Positions 40,838-49,851 of a DNA stretch of 64,000 bases are shown here, piece by piece; position 1 is the first letter of the stretch, and each line of letters starts with the position of its first letter. The notes under the pieces are model-generated. The model was not told where the DNA came from and searched no databases. It saw only the letters and a program-made list of their open reading frames with translations. This stretch comes from Nitrospirota bacterium (lineage in GTDB: Bacteria; Nitrospirota; UBA9217): positions 192,001 to 256,000 of the forward strand of contig CAVVUN010000001.1 of assembly GCA_963751455.1 (NCBI GenBank). Reading direction: 5' to 3'. A program made the position numbers and the translations under genes.

Positions 40838-41500
40838 TTAACTCCCTAATATTTCTTCTAGTTTCTCAAGTAACTTAACATGCTTGTCTGTTTGCAAGGC
40901 AGCGGCAGAATAATATCTTTTTTCTGAAAATGGTGTATTACTGGCTCTTTCCAGTGTAAACGGAACAGGGTTGACTGGGTGTGTTTGATCTGGCCAGAAA
41001 GAAATCCCGCCAACTTCATAATTAACCTTCCCATGACCTTCTACGTTTTCATTAAGATAAGATGATATTTCTTTTACCTTAGGGTTGATTAACTCTAATG
41101 ATTTTTCTGTACTAATATAGATTTGACTATGGTACAGCCTTGCCCTAAGTATTTGCTTATAATTTGGCACATTTACATGTTCTGAAATGCGATTAAAAGC
41201 ATCTACTAAAAAGGAATCTGAGTCGTTAGTAGAAGAACGAGTATCCGCCACAATGCCATCATTATAAATTGTAAAGGATATGCTAATGGGTTTCCCTTCA
41301 CTATTTATAAATTCACCCTTTTCAAATTTAACTCCCTTTACATCATCTAAGTCGTCTTTGCTGGTAGGGTAATTTGAAAATTTATAAGTGCCCACCAATA
41401 AGGGGATAAGAATTGGATATAGATTTAAACCTTTTGGGTTTAAATCAACACTAGGGAAAAGCCACACTGTTCTTGCAAGATTAATAGATAACATTTTCAT
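40838..41500 (-). CDS. Uncharacterised 220-aa protein, third gene of the TA operon
   Basis: ATG at 41500 overlaps the antitoxin stop (ATGA). GGGAGGAG RBS. Soluble, mixed alpha/beta-looking sequence with no motif I recognise. Confidence 0.85.
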   Translation of the reverse strand: MKMLSINLARTVWLFPSVDLNPKGLNLYPILIPLLVGTYKFSNYPTSKDDLDDVKGVKFEKGEFINSEGKPISISFTIYNDGIVADTRSSTNDSDSFLVDAFNRISEHVNVPNYKQILRARLYHSQIYISTEKSLELINPKVKEISSYLNENVEGHGKVNYEVGGISFWPDQTHPVNPVPFTLERASNTPFSEKRYYSAAALQTDKHVKLLEKLEEILGS

Positions 41501-42057
41501 GCTCGCGCTCCTCCCGTTTTTGTTTCTTTTGATGGTTGTCCTGATATAAGAAGATTGGAAATAGCGGATTCTGCCTTTTTTCTTCTCCACTCCGATAAAT
41601 CAGGTATGCCTATTCCGTAGTTTTGCTTTAATCCTCCTTGAATATTTGATTTTATTTCTAACCCAGCTTCTGCTTTTTTTTCTTTGAAATATGGTTCATC
41701 TTTAAAGCTCAAAACCTTCAACGATTCAGAAGATAAATTTAAGTCCCATTCTACTAATTCACTTATAGGAACAAACCTAACTACAATGCCTATATCAAAC
41801 GCAGAAGCCAATTTTTTTAAAGTAACAATTGTGAACTTCCCATAATCAGGATCTTCAAGAACAGATATTCTTTCTTGAAGCATTCCAGCTCTTTTCCCTA
41901 ATTCCTGTTGAGACCATTTTCTTTCTTCCTGTTCTCTTAGCGCTCTAATTTGAAATGGTATACCTGTCGCAATGTGTTCTGATACAAACGCATCTCTATA
42001 TTCTTTATTTTTCAATCTCGCTATTAATTTTTCTTTTCTTTTATCAAATAAAGTCAT
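41497..42057 (-). CDS. XRE-family HTH antitoxin (HigA-like) with C-terminal extension
   Basis: QIRALRE...WSQQELGKRAGMLQERISVLE...TIVTLKKLASAF, followed by a ~60-aa low-structure tail. Start overlaps the toxin end. Confidence 0.85.
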   Translation of the reverse strand: MTLFDKRKEKLIARLKNKEYRDAFVSEHIATGIPFQIRALREQEERKWSQQELGKRAGMLQERISVLEDPDYGKFTIVTLKKLASAFDIGIVVRFVPISELVEWDLNLSSESLKVLSFKDEPYFKEKKAEAGLEIKSNIQGGLKQNYGIGIPDLSEWRRKKAESAISNLLISGQPSKETKTGGARA

Positions 42058-42421
42058 CGGTGTAACTCCCATCCTCTAAAATTAATTTTCTTCTTTGTTG
42101 TGCAATTGTGGGCGCGGATGCAGGATTAAATTTGCTTCCTATTTCTTTTGATCCTATCAGTAAGGTAAATTCTTTTTCTCTAGGGCCAAAGCAGCCTAAT
42201 AGGCGATATTGAATATTCTGAAGGATCACTCGTATTTCATGAATACCTTCATAACCATGCAATATGTCAAAATAGGGTCTTACCCATTGGGGCGTAATTG
42301 CTAAATAATTAATTCGTTCGTCGATTTTTACTTGGGCTTTTGTTGGCAGACCTTCAAGCCACTCTTCTATAACGTTAGTGGTTTTGTCTTTGAGAAAAAC
42401 TTTGAAGGCCCATATCTTCAT
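42044..42421 (-). CDS. RelE/ParE-superfamily toxin (HigB/Gp49-like)
   Basis: 125 aa with VIEEWLEGL..KAQVKI...RPY...L.G..GIHEIRV....QYRLL. Lies upstream of the HTH gene (higBA order). Confidence 0.85.
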   Translation of the reverse strand: MKIWAFKVFLKDKTTNVIEEWLEGLPTKAQVKIDERINYLAITPQWVRPYFDILHGYEGIHEIRVILQNIQYRLLGCFGPREKEFTLLIGSKEIGSKFNPASAPTIAQQRRKLILEDGSYTDDFI

Positions 42422-42429
42422 AGGAATTA

Positions 42430-42493
42430 TATAATAAAAATATTATAATTTCAATATTTTTTTATTTGCTCAATATAATACTTTTATTATATT
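42430..42493. promoter_or_regulatory. Two palindromic operators, TATAATA-N4-TATTATA
   Basis: Copies at 42430-42447 and 42474-42491, directly upstream of the toxin start. Confidence 0.7.
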
Positions 42494-43147
42494 AACGTTT
42501 TATTGGTTCCATTGCCTATATGTTATTGATTTTAAAGAAATAGTAATGAATCGTATCATGACCAAAGGCGTTTGGCAAGGAAAATCACCGGGCAACCTGT
42601 CTTGACAGGCCGGCAAAAGGTAGGTTATAAAGCTTCTGGCCTCTGTCGGTTAGGCCTGTTCCGATTATCAGCATAACGCCCTGCAGATTTCAATTGTAAG
42701 CCCATTCAGTGTGATAAGATTGGTCTTTCTGCTATGCAAAAGAAATGAACGTACTCGCGACAAAAGGGCCAATGGGCGTTAGGATGATGTTCACATTTTG
42801 GACAGTCACAGATGCGGATTCAAAGCTTGTTCTTGTTTGAGATGTAAAATCAGCAAGGCTTTTTATGCAGGAGACACTATCGATGATGAATATATCGCAG
42901 GTTCATCCCAAAGACAACGACATTCATGCTACGCAACCGAGGGGATTTACTCTTGCTACAAAAATTAGCAAGCACACTGCATCAAACAAATATTTGCTGA
43001 TATGTAATCAGCTGTTTTATCTCTAATGCCATGTTTTTAAAAGCATATTAAAATATAATACTTCAGAATGTAGTGAACTGTAGTGAACTGACTGAGTTGC
43101 GAGGTTTTACGTTGAGATGAGAAAAGCCGCGTCAATTGCGGATGGAA

Positions 43148-43222
43148 TGGAGCCGGCGAGTGGGATTGAACCACCGACCTGCTGATTACGAATCAGCTGC
43201 TCTACCACTGAGCTACGCCGGC
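43148..43222 (-). tRNA. tRNA-Thr (CGT)
   Basis: GCCGGCGTAGCTCAGTGGTAGAGCAGCTGATTCGTAATCAGCAGGTCGGTGGTTCAATCCCACTCGCCGGCTCCA folds as a cloverleaf with anticodon CGT and encoded CCA. Confidence 0.97.
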
Positions 43223-43250
43223 AAAAAAGAGCGATGAAAGAACCGGGTTG

Positions 43251-43280
43251 TTTATACAATATTCCCTACAGTACTGTCAA
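43251..43280 (-). promoter_or_regulatory. Sigma70-type promoter of tRNA-Thr
   Basis: TTGACA-N18-TATAAA ending ~28 nt before the tRNA 5' end. Confidence 0.65.
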
Positions 43281-43370
43281 GAAAATCTTTGGTACGCCTG
43301 CCTTTAAGGGGCTCATCCCTTGTTTTTTTGTCCGATTGTTTTTTATGAACATTTGATTTATACTCCGTTC

Positions 43371-46064
43371 ATGAATGAAATAATCACCACAGGAAATTCT
43401 AAAAAAAGAAGGCTGTATATTATCGACGGTCATTCGTATATTTACCGGGCCTTTTACGCCCTCAAAAACCTGTCTACGTCCCAGGGAATGCCAACCAATG
43501 CAATTTTCGGTTTTACCAACATGCTGCTCAAGGTAATAAAGGAGAAAGCACCCGATCTGGTCGCCATCGTATTCGATCCCCCGGGTCCTACCAGAAGGCA
43601 TATTGAGTACAAAGAATATAAATCTCACCGTCCGCCCATGCCCCGGGACCTGGTCCCGCAGATACCGTACATCCACAAGCTGGTCCAGGCATTCCGTATC
43701 CCGGTTTTTATGGAGAATGGCCAGGAGGCAGACGACGTGATTGCGACCCTGGCGCGCAAAGCTGAAACATCTGGAATAGAGGTTGTCATCGTGACCGGCG
43801 ATAAGGACATTTTGCAGCTCGTGGGTCCGAACATCAAAGTCTATGATACCATGAAAGAAAAAGTCTATGAGCCGAAGGATGTAGAAGAACGGTTCGGCGT
43901 CCCGACTGACCGTGTTGTCGAGATCATGGGACTCATGGGAGACGCGTCGGACAATATTCCCGGTGTGCCGGGCATCGGCGAGAAGACCGCTCAGGCGCTT
44001 ATCCGCCAATATGAAACCATAGAGAACGCGATCAAACACGCGTCAGAGATCTCCAAACCGAAGCTCAGGCAATCGCTCATGGAGAACGCGCACCTGGCCC
44101 GGTTGAGCCGGGAACTTGCCCGGCTCTGCGACGACCTGCCGCTTGCTATTGATTATAATGCGCTCAAGGTCGCAGAGCCCGACAACCCGGCCCTCCTGGC
44201 TCTCTTGCGGGAGCTCGAATTTCCTTCCCTCTTGAAATATGTGACAATTGAGGCTGAACAGGAAAAACAATACAGCACGGTGCTGACCGAAACCGACCTT
44301 CAAAACCTGATAAGAACGCTGTCGACGACCCGCGAGTTTTCGTTCGATACGAAGACCACGTCGCTCAATCCGATGCTTGGCGAGTTGGTGGGCATTGCCT
44401 TCTCAGTGAAATCAGGCGAGGGATTTTACCTGCCGCTTGCGCATTCCTGCCCCGGCGCCCCTGCGCAGCTGCCCCTTGATGAGGGCTTGGCCCGGCTAAA
44501 GCCGGTTTTCAGCGACCCGTCGATAAAAAAAACCGGGCAAGACCTGAAAAATCATCTCCTCGTTCTCGGCCGTCATGGAATCGATGTGATGGGGATATCG
44601 TTCGATACTAAGATAGGGTCGTATCTTTTGAATCCCGGCCGTACAGCGCATACTACAGAGGCCCTCGCACTTGAATATCTGAATTATAAATCTACAACCC
44701 ACGCGCAGATAACAGGCACGGGCAAAAAGCGGATCTGTTTTGACGCGGTGGATATCAAAACGGCCACGGAGTATCTGTGTGAAGAAGCCGATATCGCGCT
44801 TCGTTTGAAGAACGTGCTTGAGCCGAAGCTCCAGGAGCAGAACCTTGAAGGCCTGTTCCGTGATATGGAAATGCCGCTCCTGGAAGTGCTCGCCGATATG
44901 GAAAGAAGTGGAATCAAGGTCGACGCAGAATATCTTAAAACCTTATCGGTTCGTCTCGAGAAGGAAACCGCTTCGATCATCGAAGCCATCTACGGACTGG
45001 CAGGCTGCGAATTCAATATAAATTCTCCGAAACAGATGGCCGATATTCTTTTCGTGAAACTTCAGCTGACACCCACAAAAAAAACGAAAACGGGATTTTC
45101 CACGAACGTAGACGTTCTCGAAGAGCTCGCCCACGTTCATCCCTTGCCCGCTCAAATCCTCAAGTACCGCACGCTCTCCAAGCTCAAGTCTACCTATATC
45201 GACGCGTTACCACTCATGATAAACCCGGAAACCGGCAGGCTCCACACCACGTTCAACCAGACAGTGACCGCAACGGGCAGGCTTTCCAGCAGCGACCCCA
45301 ATCTCCAGAACATTCCGATACGAAACGACGTCGGCAGGGAGATCAGAAAAGCGTTTATCGCGGACGAAGGCGCGAGCATCATTTCCGCGGATTATTCCCA
45401 GATCGAGCTTCGGGTGCTCGCGCATATGAGCGGCGACCAGGGTCTCATTCAGACGTTTCTCGACGACCAGGATGTTCATACGAGAACCGCTTCCGAGATC
45501 TTCGGCCTGGCACCGGAGGAAATCACCTCGGAGATGCGCCGCAGGGCCAAGGCGGTCAACTTCGGCATTATTTACGGGATCTCCGCGTTCGGGCTGGCCC
45601 AGGACATCGGCGTCTCGAACACCGAGGCGAAGCGCTACATTGACAGCTACTTCAGCCGCTATCCGGGCGTAAAGGAATTTCTGGACACAACAGTGCGGGA
45701 AGCCAAGCTAAAGGGTTTCGTCACCACACTCTTTGGCAGACGCCGTTTTATTCCGGAGCTGGCATCAGCGGCAGCGGCGATCCGAAGCTTCGGCGAACGA
45801 ATGGCACTCAATACACCTATCCAGGGAACCGCCGCCGATCTTATAAAGATCGCAATGATCCGCATCCACAAGCGAATTCAGAAACAGAAGCTGAAATCGA
45901 GGATGATTCTGCAAGTGCATGATGAACTTGTCTTTGAAACACCGGATATTGAGATAGAGCCGATGAAGAAGCTGATTCAAGAAGAAATGGAGAGCGCTGC
46001 CTCACTGACAGTGCATATCAAAGTGGACATCGGCGCGGGAAAAAACTGGGAAGAAGCGCATTAA
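43371..46064 (+). CDS. polA: DNA polymerase I
   Basis: IIDGHSYIYRA, GDASDNIPGVPGIGEKTA, TGRLSSSDPNLQNIP, DYSQIELR, KAVNFGIIYG, QVHDEL. Confidence 0.98.
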   Translation: MNEIITTGNSKKRRLYIIDGHSYIYRAFYALKNLSTSQGMPTNAIFGFTNMLLKVIKEKAPDLVAIVFDPPGPTRRHIEYKEYKSHRPPMPRDLVPQIPYIHKLVQAFRIPVFMENGQEADDVIATLARKAETSGIEVVIVTGDKDILQLVGPNIKVYDTMKEKVYEPKDVEERFGVPTDRVVEIMGLMGDASDNIPGVPGIGEKTAQALIRQYETIENAIKHASEISKPKLRQSLMENAHLARLSRELARLCDDLPLAIDYNALKVAEPDNPALLALLRELEFPSLLKYVTIEAEQEKQYSTVLTETDLQNLIRTLSTTREFSFDTKTTSLNPMLGELVGIAFSVKSGEGFYLPLAHSCPGAPAQLPLDEGLARLKPVFSDPSIKKTGQDLKNHLLVLGRHGIDVMGISFDTKIGSYLLNPGRTAHTTEALALEYLNYKSTTHAQITGTGKKRICFDAVDIKTATEYLCEEADIALRLKNVLEPKLQEQNLEGLFRDMEMPLLEVLADMERSGIKVDAEYLKTLSVRLEKETASIIEAIYGLAGCEFNINSPKQMADILFVKLQLTPTKKTKTGFSTNVDVLEELAHVHPLPAQILKYRTLSKLKSTYIDALPLMINPETGRLHTTFNQTVTATGRLSSSDPNLQNIPIRNDVGREIRKAFIADEGASIISADYSQIELRVLAHMSGDQGLIQTFLDDQDVHTRTASEIFGLAPEEITSEMRRRAKAVNFGIIYGISAFGLAQDIGVSNTEAKRYIDSYFSRYPGVKEFLDTTVREAKLKGFVTTLFGRRRFIPELASAAAAIRSFGERMALNTPIQGTAADLIKIAMIRIHKRIQKQKLKSRMILQVHDELVFETPDIEIEPMKKLIQEEMESAASLTVHIKVDIGAGKNWEEAH

Positions 46065-46143
46065 GCAGCATAGGGCAGAGCGCGTGGAGTATGGAGCTTG
46101 CGCATACGTCGATTTCATTTTTTTCGCTCTGCGCTTTGCGGAC

Positions 46144-49100
46144 TTATTTGAACTCAAACCTGTACTTAATGTCCGCGCCGGTGTTTCCCAGTTCATTCCG
46201 CTCACCTACCAGCGAAAAGTGCCTGTCCAGGATGTATTCTATTCTAAAAACCTGCTCCGGCGTTGTGGACCCCACGTTCGAGGAATACGTGACATAGAGC
46301 TTGTCCTGTACGATCTCCTTGCCCACCGTAACCCGCGGCACGGACGTATCGTTTTTGCTTATATAAGGGTCCACCTGGAACCGGTCGAGTCCGGTCAAAC
46401 TGCGGGCACTGCTTTCAAAGATGTCCTGGAACTGCCCGGTTGCAAAGTAGGCTGCCTCGTTCATACCGACGCCGGCCTCATGCCCCATGAGTTCGGCGCT
46501 CTTCTTCCCCAAGGCGAGCAGCGCGAGGATGTCCGAGTCCGGCAGTGACGGATCGGAGACCAGCGTTACTACGGCACGGTCGGCGGTGCCGGAAACCGCC
46601 AACCCGATACGGTACTCACGCTCAACATCGCGGACCCGAATCTCAGCCTGAATATCGAGCACCGGGTTGATTCTGTTCGGGTCCACGAAATCCGCCGACG
46701 CATGAACGATCCTGAATTCGTTTTTCCTAAAGTACACGGAGCCTTTCGGCGCCGCGACCCTGCCCAGGAGCTGCGGCTGGTTCACGGTGCCCCTCAGGAA
46801 AACATCTACATCCAGAGGCATTTTCGCAAGATTATTCTGGAACAGTATTCCCTCTTTCCCGTGAAACCGGATGTTGATATGCATATCGCCGACCCGTCCG
46901 GCCTCGGCCTTTTTTTTCTGGTAGAGGCCCCTTCCGACATCGACGAGCATGCTCTTCCACTCCACCCGTTTATCATACCTGGCGCGCCTGATCATGAGAT
47001 CGCCGGTCAAAGACTGTTCCGAGAGGTCGCCGTCGTAATACAGGCTTCCGGAAAAGGTCGATGTAAGCCCTTCCGGGTAGCGTACCGTAACGTTTTCAAA
47101 AGCGGCCGTTGTGGAAAAATCTCTCAGAGCGAAACCGTCCAGCTGGGCCCATCCTGTCGCGTTTACCATGCCGCCCCCGAAATCTCCGTTAACAGAATCC
47201 ACGACAAGCCGGCTGCGGTCAAACGTAAGCCTTCCCTTCAAGCCCGATAATTTCTGAGGAATGTCTCTTATCTTGACCTCGCCGTTCCTTACAAGCAGCT
47301 CGCCAGTCACTTCGGGGTTTTTCCATTCATCTCTCACAGTAAGCTTGACTTCAGCTATTCCGTCTGCATGCTCTATTTCTCGAAACAGGAGCCTGAGGAT
47401 AGACATATTTACAGATCCCGTGAGCGAGAGGTCAGCATCTCTGAAAAATCCTGTTCCTCCTGCAACCCCGATCTTGGTACCCGGCCCATTCATATCGAGC
47501 GCATGTATCATGATTTTTCCTGCCTGCAGGGACGCGTTTATTTCCGCGGAATTTTCAATGCGATAATCCCCGATCAGGAAACTCAAACGACGAAAAGATG
47601 CCGTGCCTGAAAACGTCGATGATTCGGTGCCGCTGCCACGCAGGTTCATGTTTCCATCTGCCGTCACTTTGACACGGCCCAGAAGTTCTTTTCCCCCGGC
47701 AACAAGAAAAGGGTCTATGGTCTCTGCATTGACCTTCGCCTGCATGGTCCAGTTGTACGGTCTACTGAGCGCCATCCGTGCAGATAGACCTGCCCGACCC
47801 TCCCCCACTGCGGACTGAAAGGTAAGCACCCGATCGTTGATTTCCAGTCCGGCTGTAAGGCTTCCAATGCCCGTGTGGTTATAGAGAAGCTCGTCCATCT
47901 TGAGTGAAGCGGCTACGCGCGGCCGCGAGAAGGGTCCGTTCGATTCTATTTCGAAACCGCACTCTCCGTCGATCGGCAATCGCGGCAGATAATCTACTTC
48001 AGAAAGCTTTACCCCGCTGCCTTCTACGCGCGCCGCATACGATCCGTTGAATCCGATCCAGCCCGTTCCCCTCAACGTGCCGCTGCCCTTGACCACGTGG
48101 ACCTGGGGAAATTCGATCCTGTCCTTCGAAAGAGCGGCAGTAATGGTCGCGCGAGAAAAAGATTCGCCGTAAGCGCTTCCCGCTTCGAGTTCGAGATGAC
48201 CGTTTCCCGTAAAATCGGCCACCGTCCCGTCGAACGAAAGTTCGCCCCGGGCTGATAAGGTAAGCGGAATCGGCTTGTAAAAAAGGGCCACTACGCTGAC
48301 TACGTCCGAACGTACCACTTTGAGACGGGCGGAAAAAACCGTTTCTGGGCCGGAAATATCGGCAGATCCATCGAACACGTAATGAGAGTCCTGCTGATGG
48401 ATGTCGACGGACGCAAGTGTAAGCTTCCTGTCGCTGTATCGGACCGTACCCTCGGCCCTGTTAAACAATATTCCGCGTATCGCCGTCGGGCCTGCCCTCA
48501 ACTTCCCCTGGAAAGCCGGAGCGATAAAAGCGCCCGACACGGTACCGGAAACTTCGATCCTGCCATCCAGCGGAAGCGATGTAAGAAAGGAGAGCGTCCG
48601 GCCGCGGTCTCCCGATTCAGCTTGCAGCTGCACATCAAATCCCCGTTGCGGGTCGGCCCTGCCCGACAGAGCTGATCGCCAGATCGCCTGCCAGGATATG
48701 GAAATGCCGGATATCCAGTCCTTGTTCCCGGTAGCCGAATACTGCATCGAACGAGTCTATCATGACATCTTTGTTAGCCCTCGCCACCTTCCAGTTTCGG
48801 CCGATCAGCTTCAAATTGTTATCGCCGTAATTGAATGCTGCGCTGGCATCACGGAGCAGCAGACCTTCGTAGGAAATGCCTTCCAGGCGGACTGTTCCGT
48901 CAACCGCGGGACTGGTGATGTTTCCCCTAATCGTTGCCTCAGCCTCTATATGCGGATTATGTTCCTTTTTTTTGAAAGCTTTAAATACATCCGTAAATTT
49001 ACCGATTGTTTGCAGGCCTGACTGCATTCTGACTTTCAGGTTCAAAGCAACATCGGGCAGGCGGCCGAGATCGCCCGAAGCAGAAAGCGTGGTATCGGAC

Positions 49101-49786
49101 GAAGTGAGTTCTGACGACTCGACCCTGAACCTGCCGTGCTCGTAGCGGATTACCGCTTTCAGTCCTCCTGCCAATTCATTGTACGCCGGAGCAGTTGTGC
49201 GAATTTGACAATTTTTCACCGTGACTCTTGCGCTGTCGCTTCCCAGGCTGACCTTCGCACTGATCTGGATTCCGGACAGCGAGGCACTGGTGGCTGTTAG
49301 TTCGTCATTAAATGAAACCCTGCCCTGGTTCACTGCAATCGCGCCAAGGACTATCGTGAACCCCGAACTGCTGCGGGACGGCGTTCGGCCGATGTTTTGC
49401 CTAATCCGGTCCAGCATCTCGGTGTAGTTTAAAGTTCCGTCCTTTGCCCGCTTTATTGCAATCCGGGGCTCCAGAAACACGATTGATGGCATATTGATCT
49501 TTTTCAGGAGAAGCGAAACCGGGTTGATATAGACCTTTATTTTTCGGATCGCAGCCAGTTCTTCCCGTTTTCCGTCCGTAATAGAAATGTCCCTTGCCTC
49601 TATATAAATCGGAATGAAGTTGGCGCGGACAGAACCGATCTGGACGTCGTTCCCAAGCGCGGCTTTGAGCACGTCCGCCACGAGAGGTTTGAGCCTGCGC
49701 GCGAAACGGTCGCTCTGGGCGTAATATTCCGCCGCAATCAGCAGTACAAAGACCAGGATCGATATGGCAACGATAATTTTTTTCAC
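46144..49786 (-). CDS. tamB: TamB/AsmA-like translocation-assembly protein, split by a +1 frameshift near 48670
   Basis: N-terminal TM + AsmA-like ORF, then a beta-rich ORF ending in TamB-like SDPSLP..DILALL...GK...LYVTY...YRFEFK. Confidence 0.82.
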
Positions 49787-49851
49787 AATGTTGGGATAAG
49801 ATTCCTTATATCAGGAAGACACAATGAAGAACCAATATGTTTTTTTTCAGA

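Larger units (their letters stand above)
40527..43147. mobile_element. Integrase-less genomic islet at tRNA-Thr(CGT)
   Basis: Bounded by the tRNA 3' end and its 48-bp duplicate. Clearly more AT-rich than the flanks. Carries a TA-like operon. Confidence 0.88.

Noticed and set aside
41501-41590. Longer 250-aa start for islet gene 3, as given in the ORF track
   Set aside because: It lies inside the antitoxin gene. The ATGA overlap and strong RBS support 41500.
40527-43147. Integrase or prophage genes in the islet
   Set aside because: No ORF with tyrosine- or serine-recombinase motifs, and no phage structural genes, were visible.
43266-44039. 257-aa ORF antisense to polA, and similar long antisense ORFs over hemA, hemC, cobA, ubiD and the CNNM gene
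   Set aside because: Shadow frames of well-conserved GC-rich genes, with no recognisable motifs.
30640-48700. Programmed frameshifting or phase variation at the split genes
   Set aside because: No slippery heptamers or long repeat tracts. All are +1 events in unrelated genes, so sequencing error is simpler.
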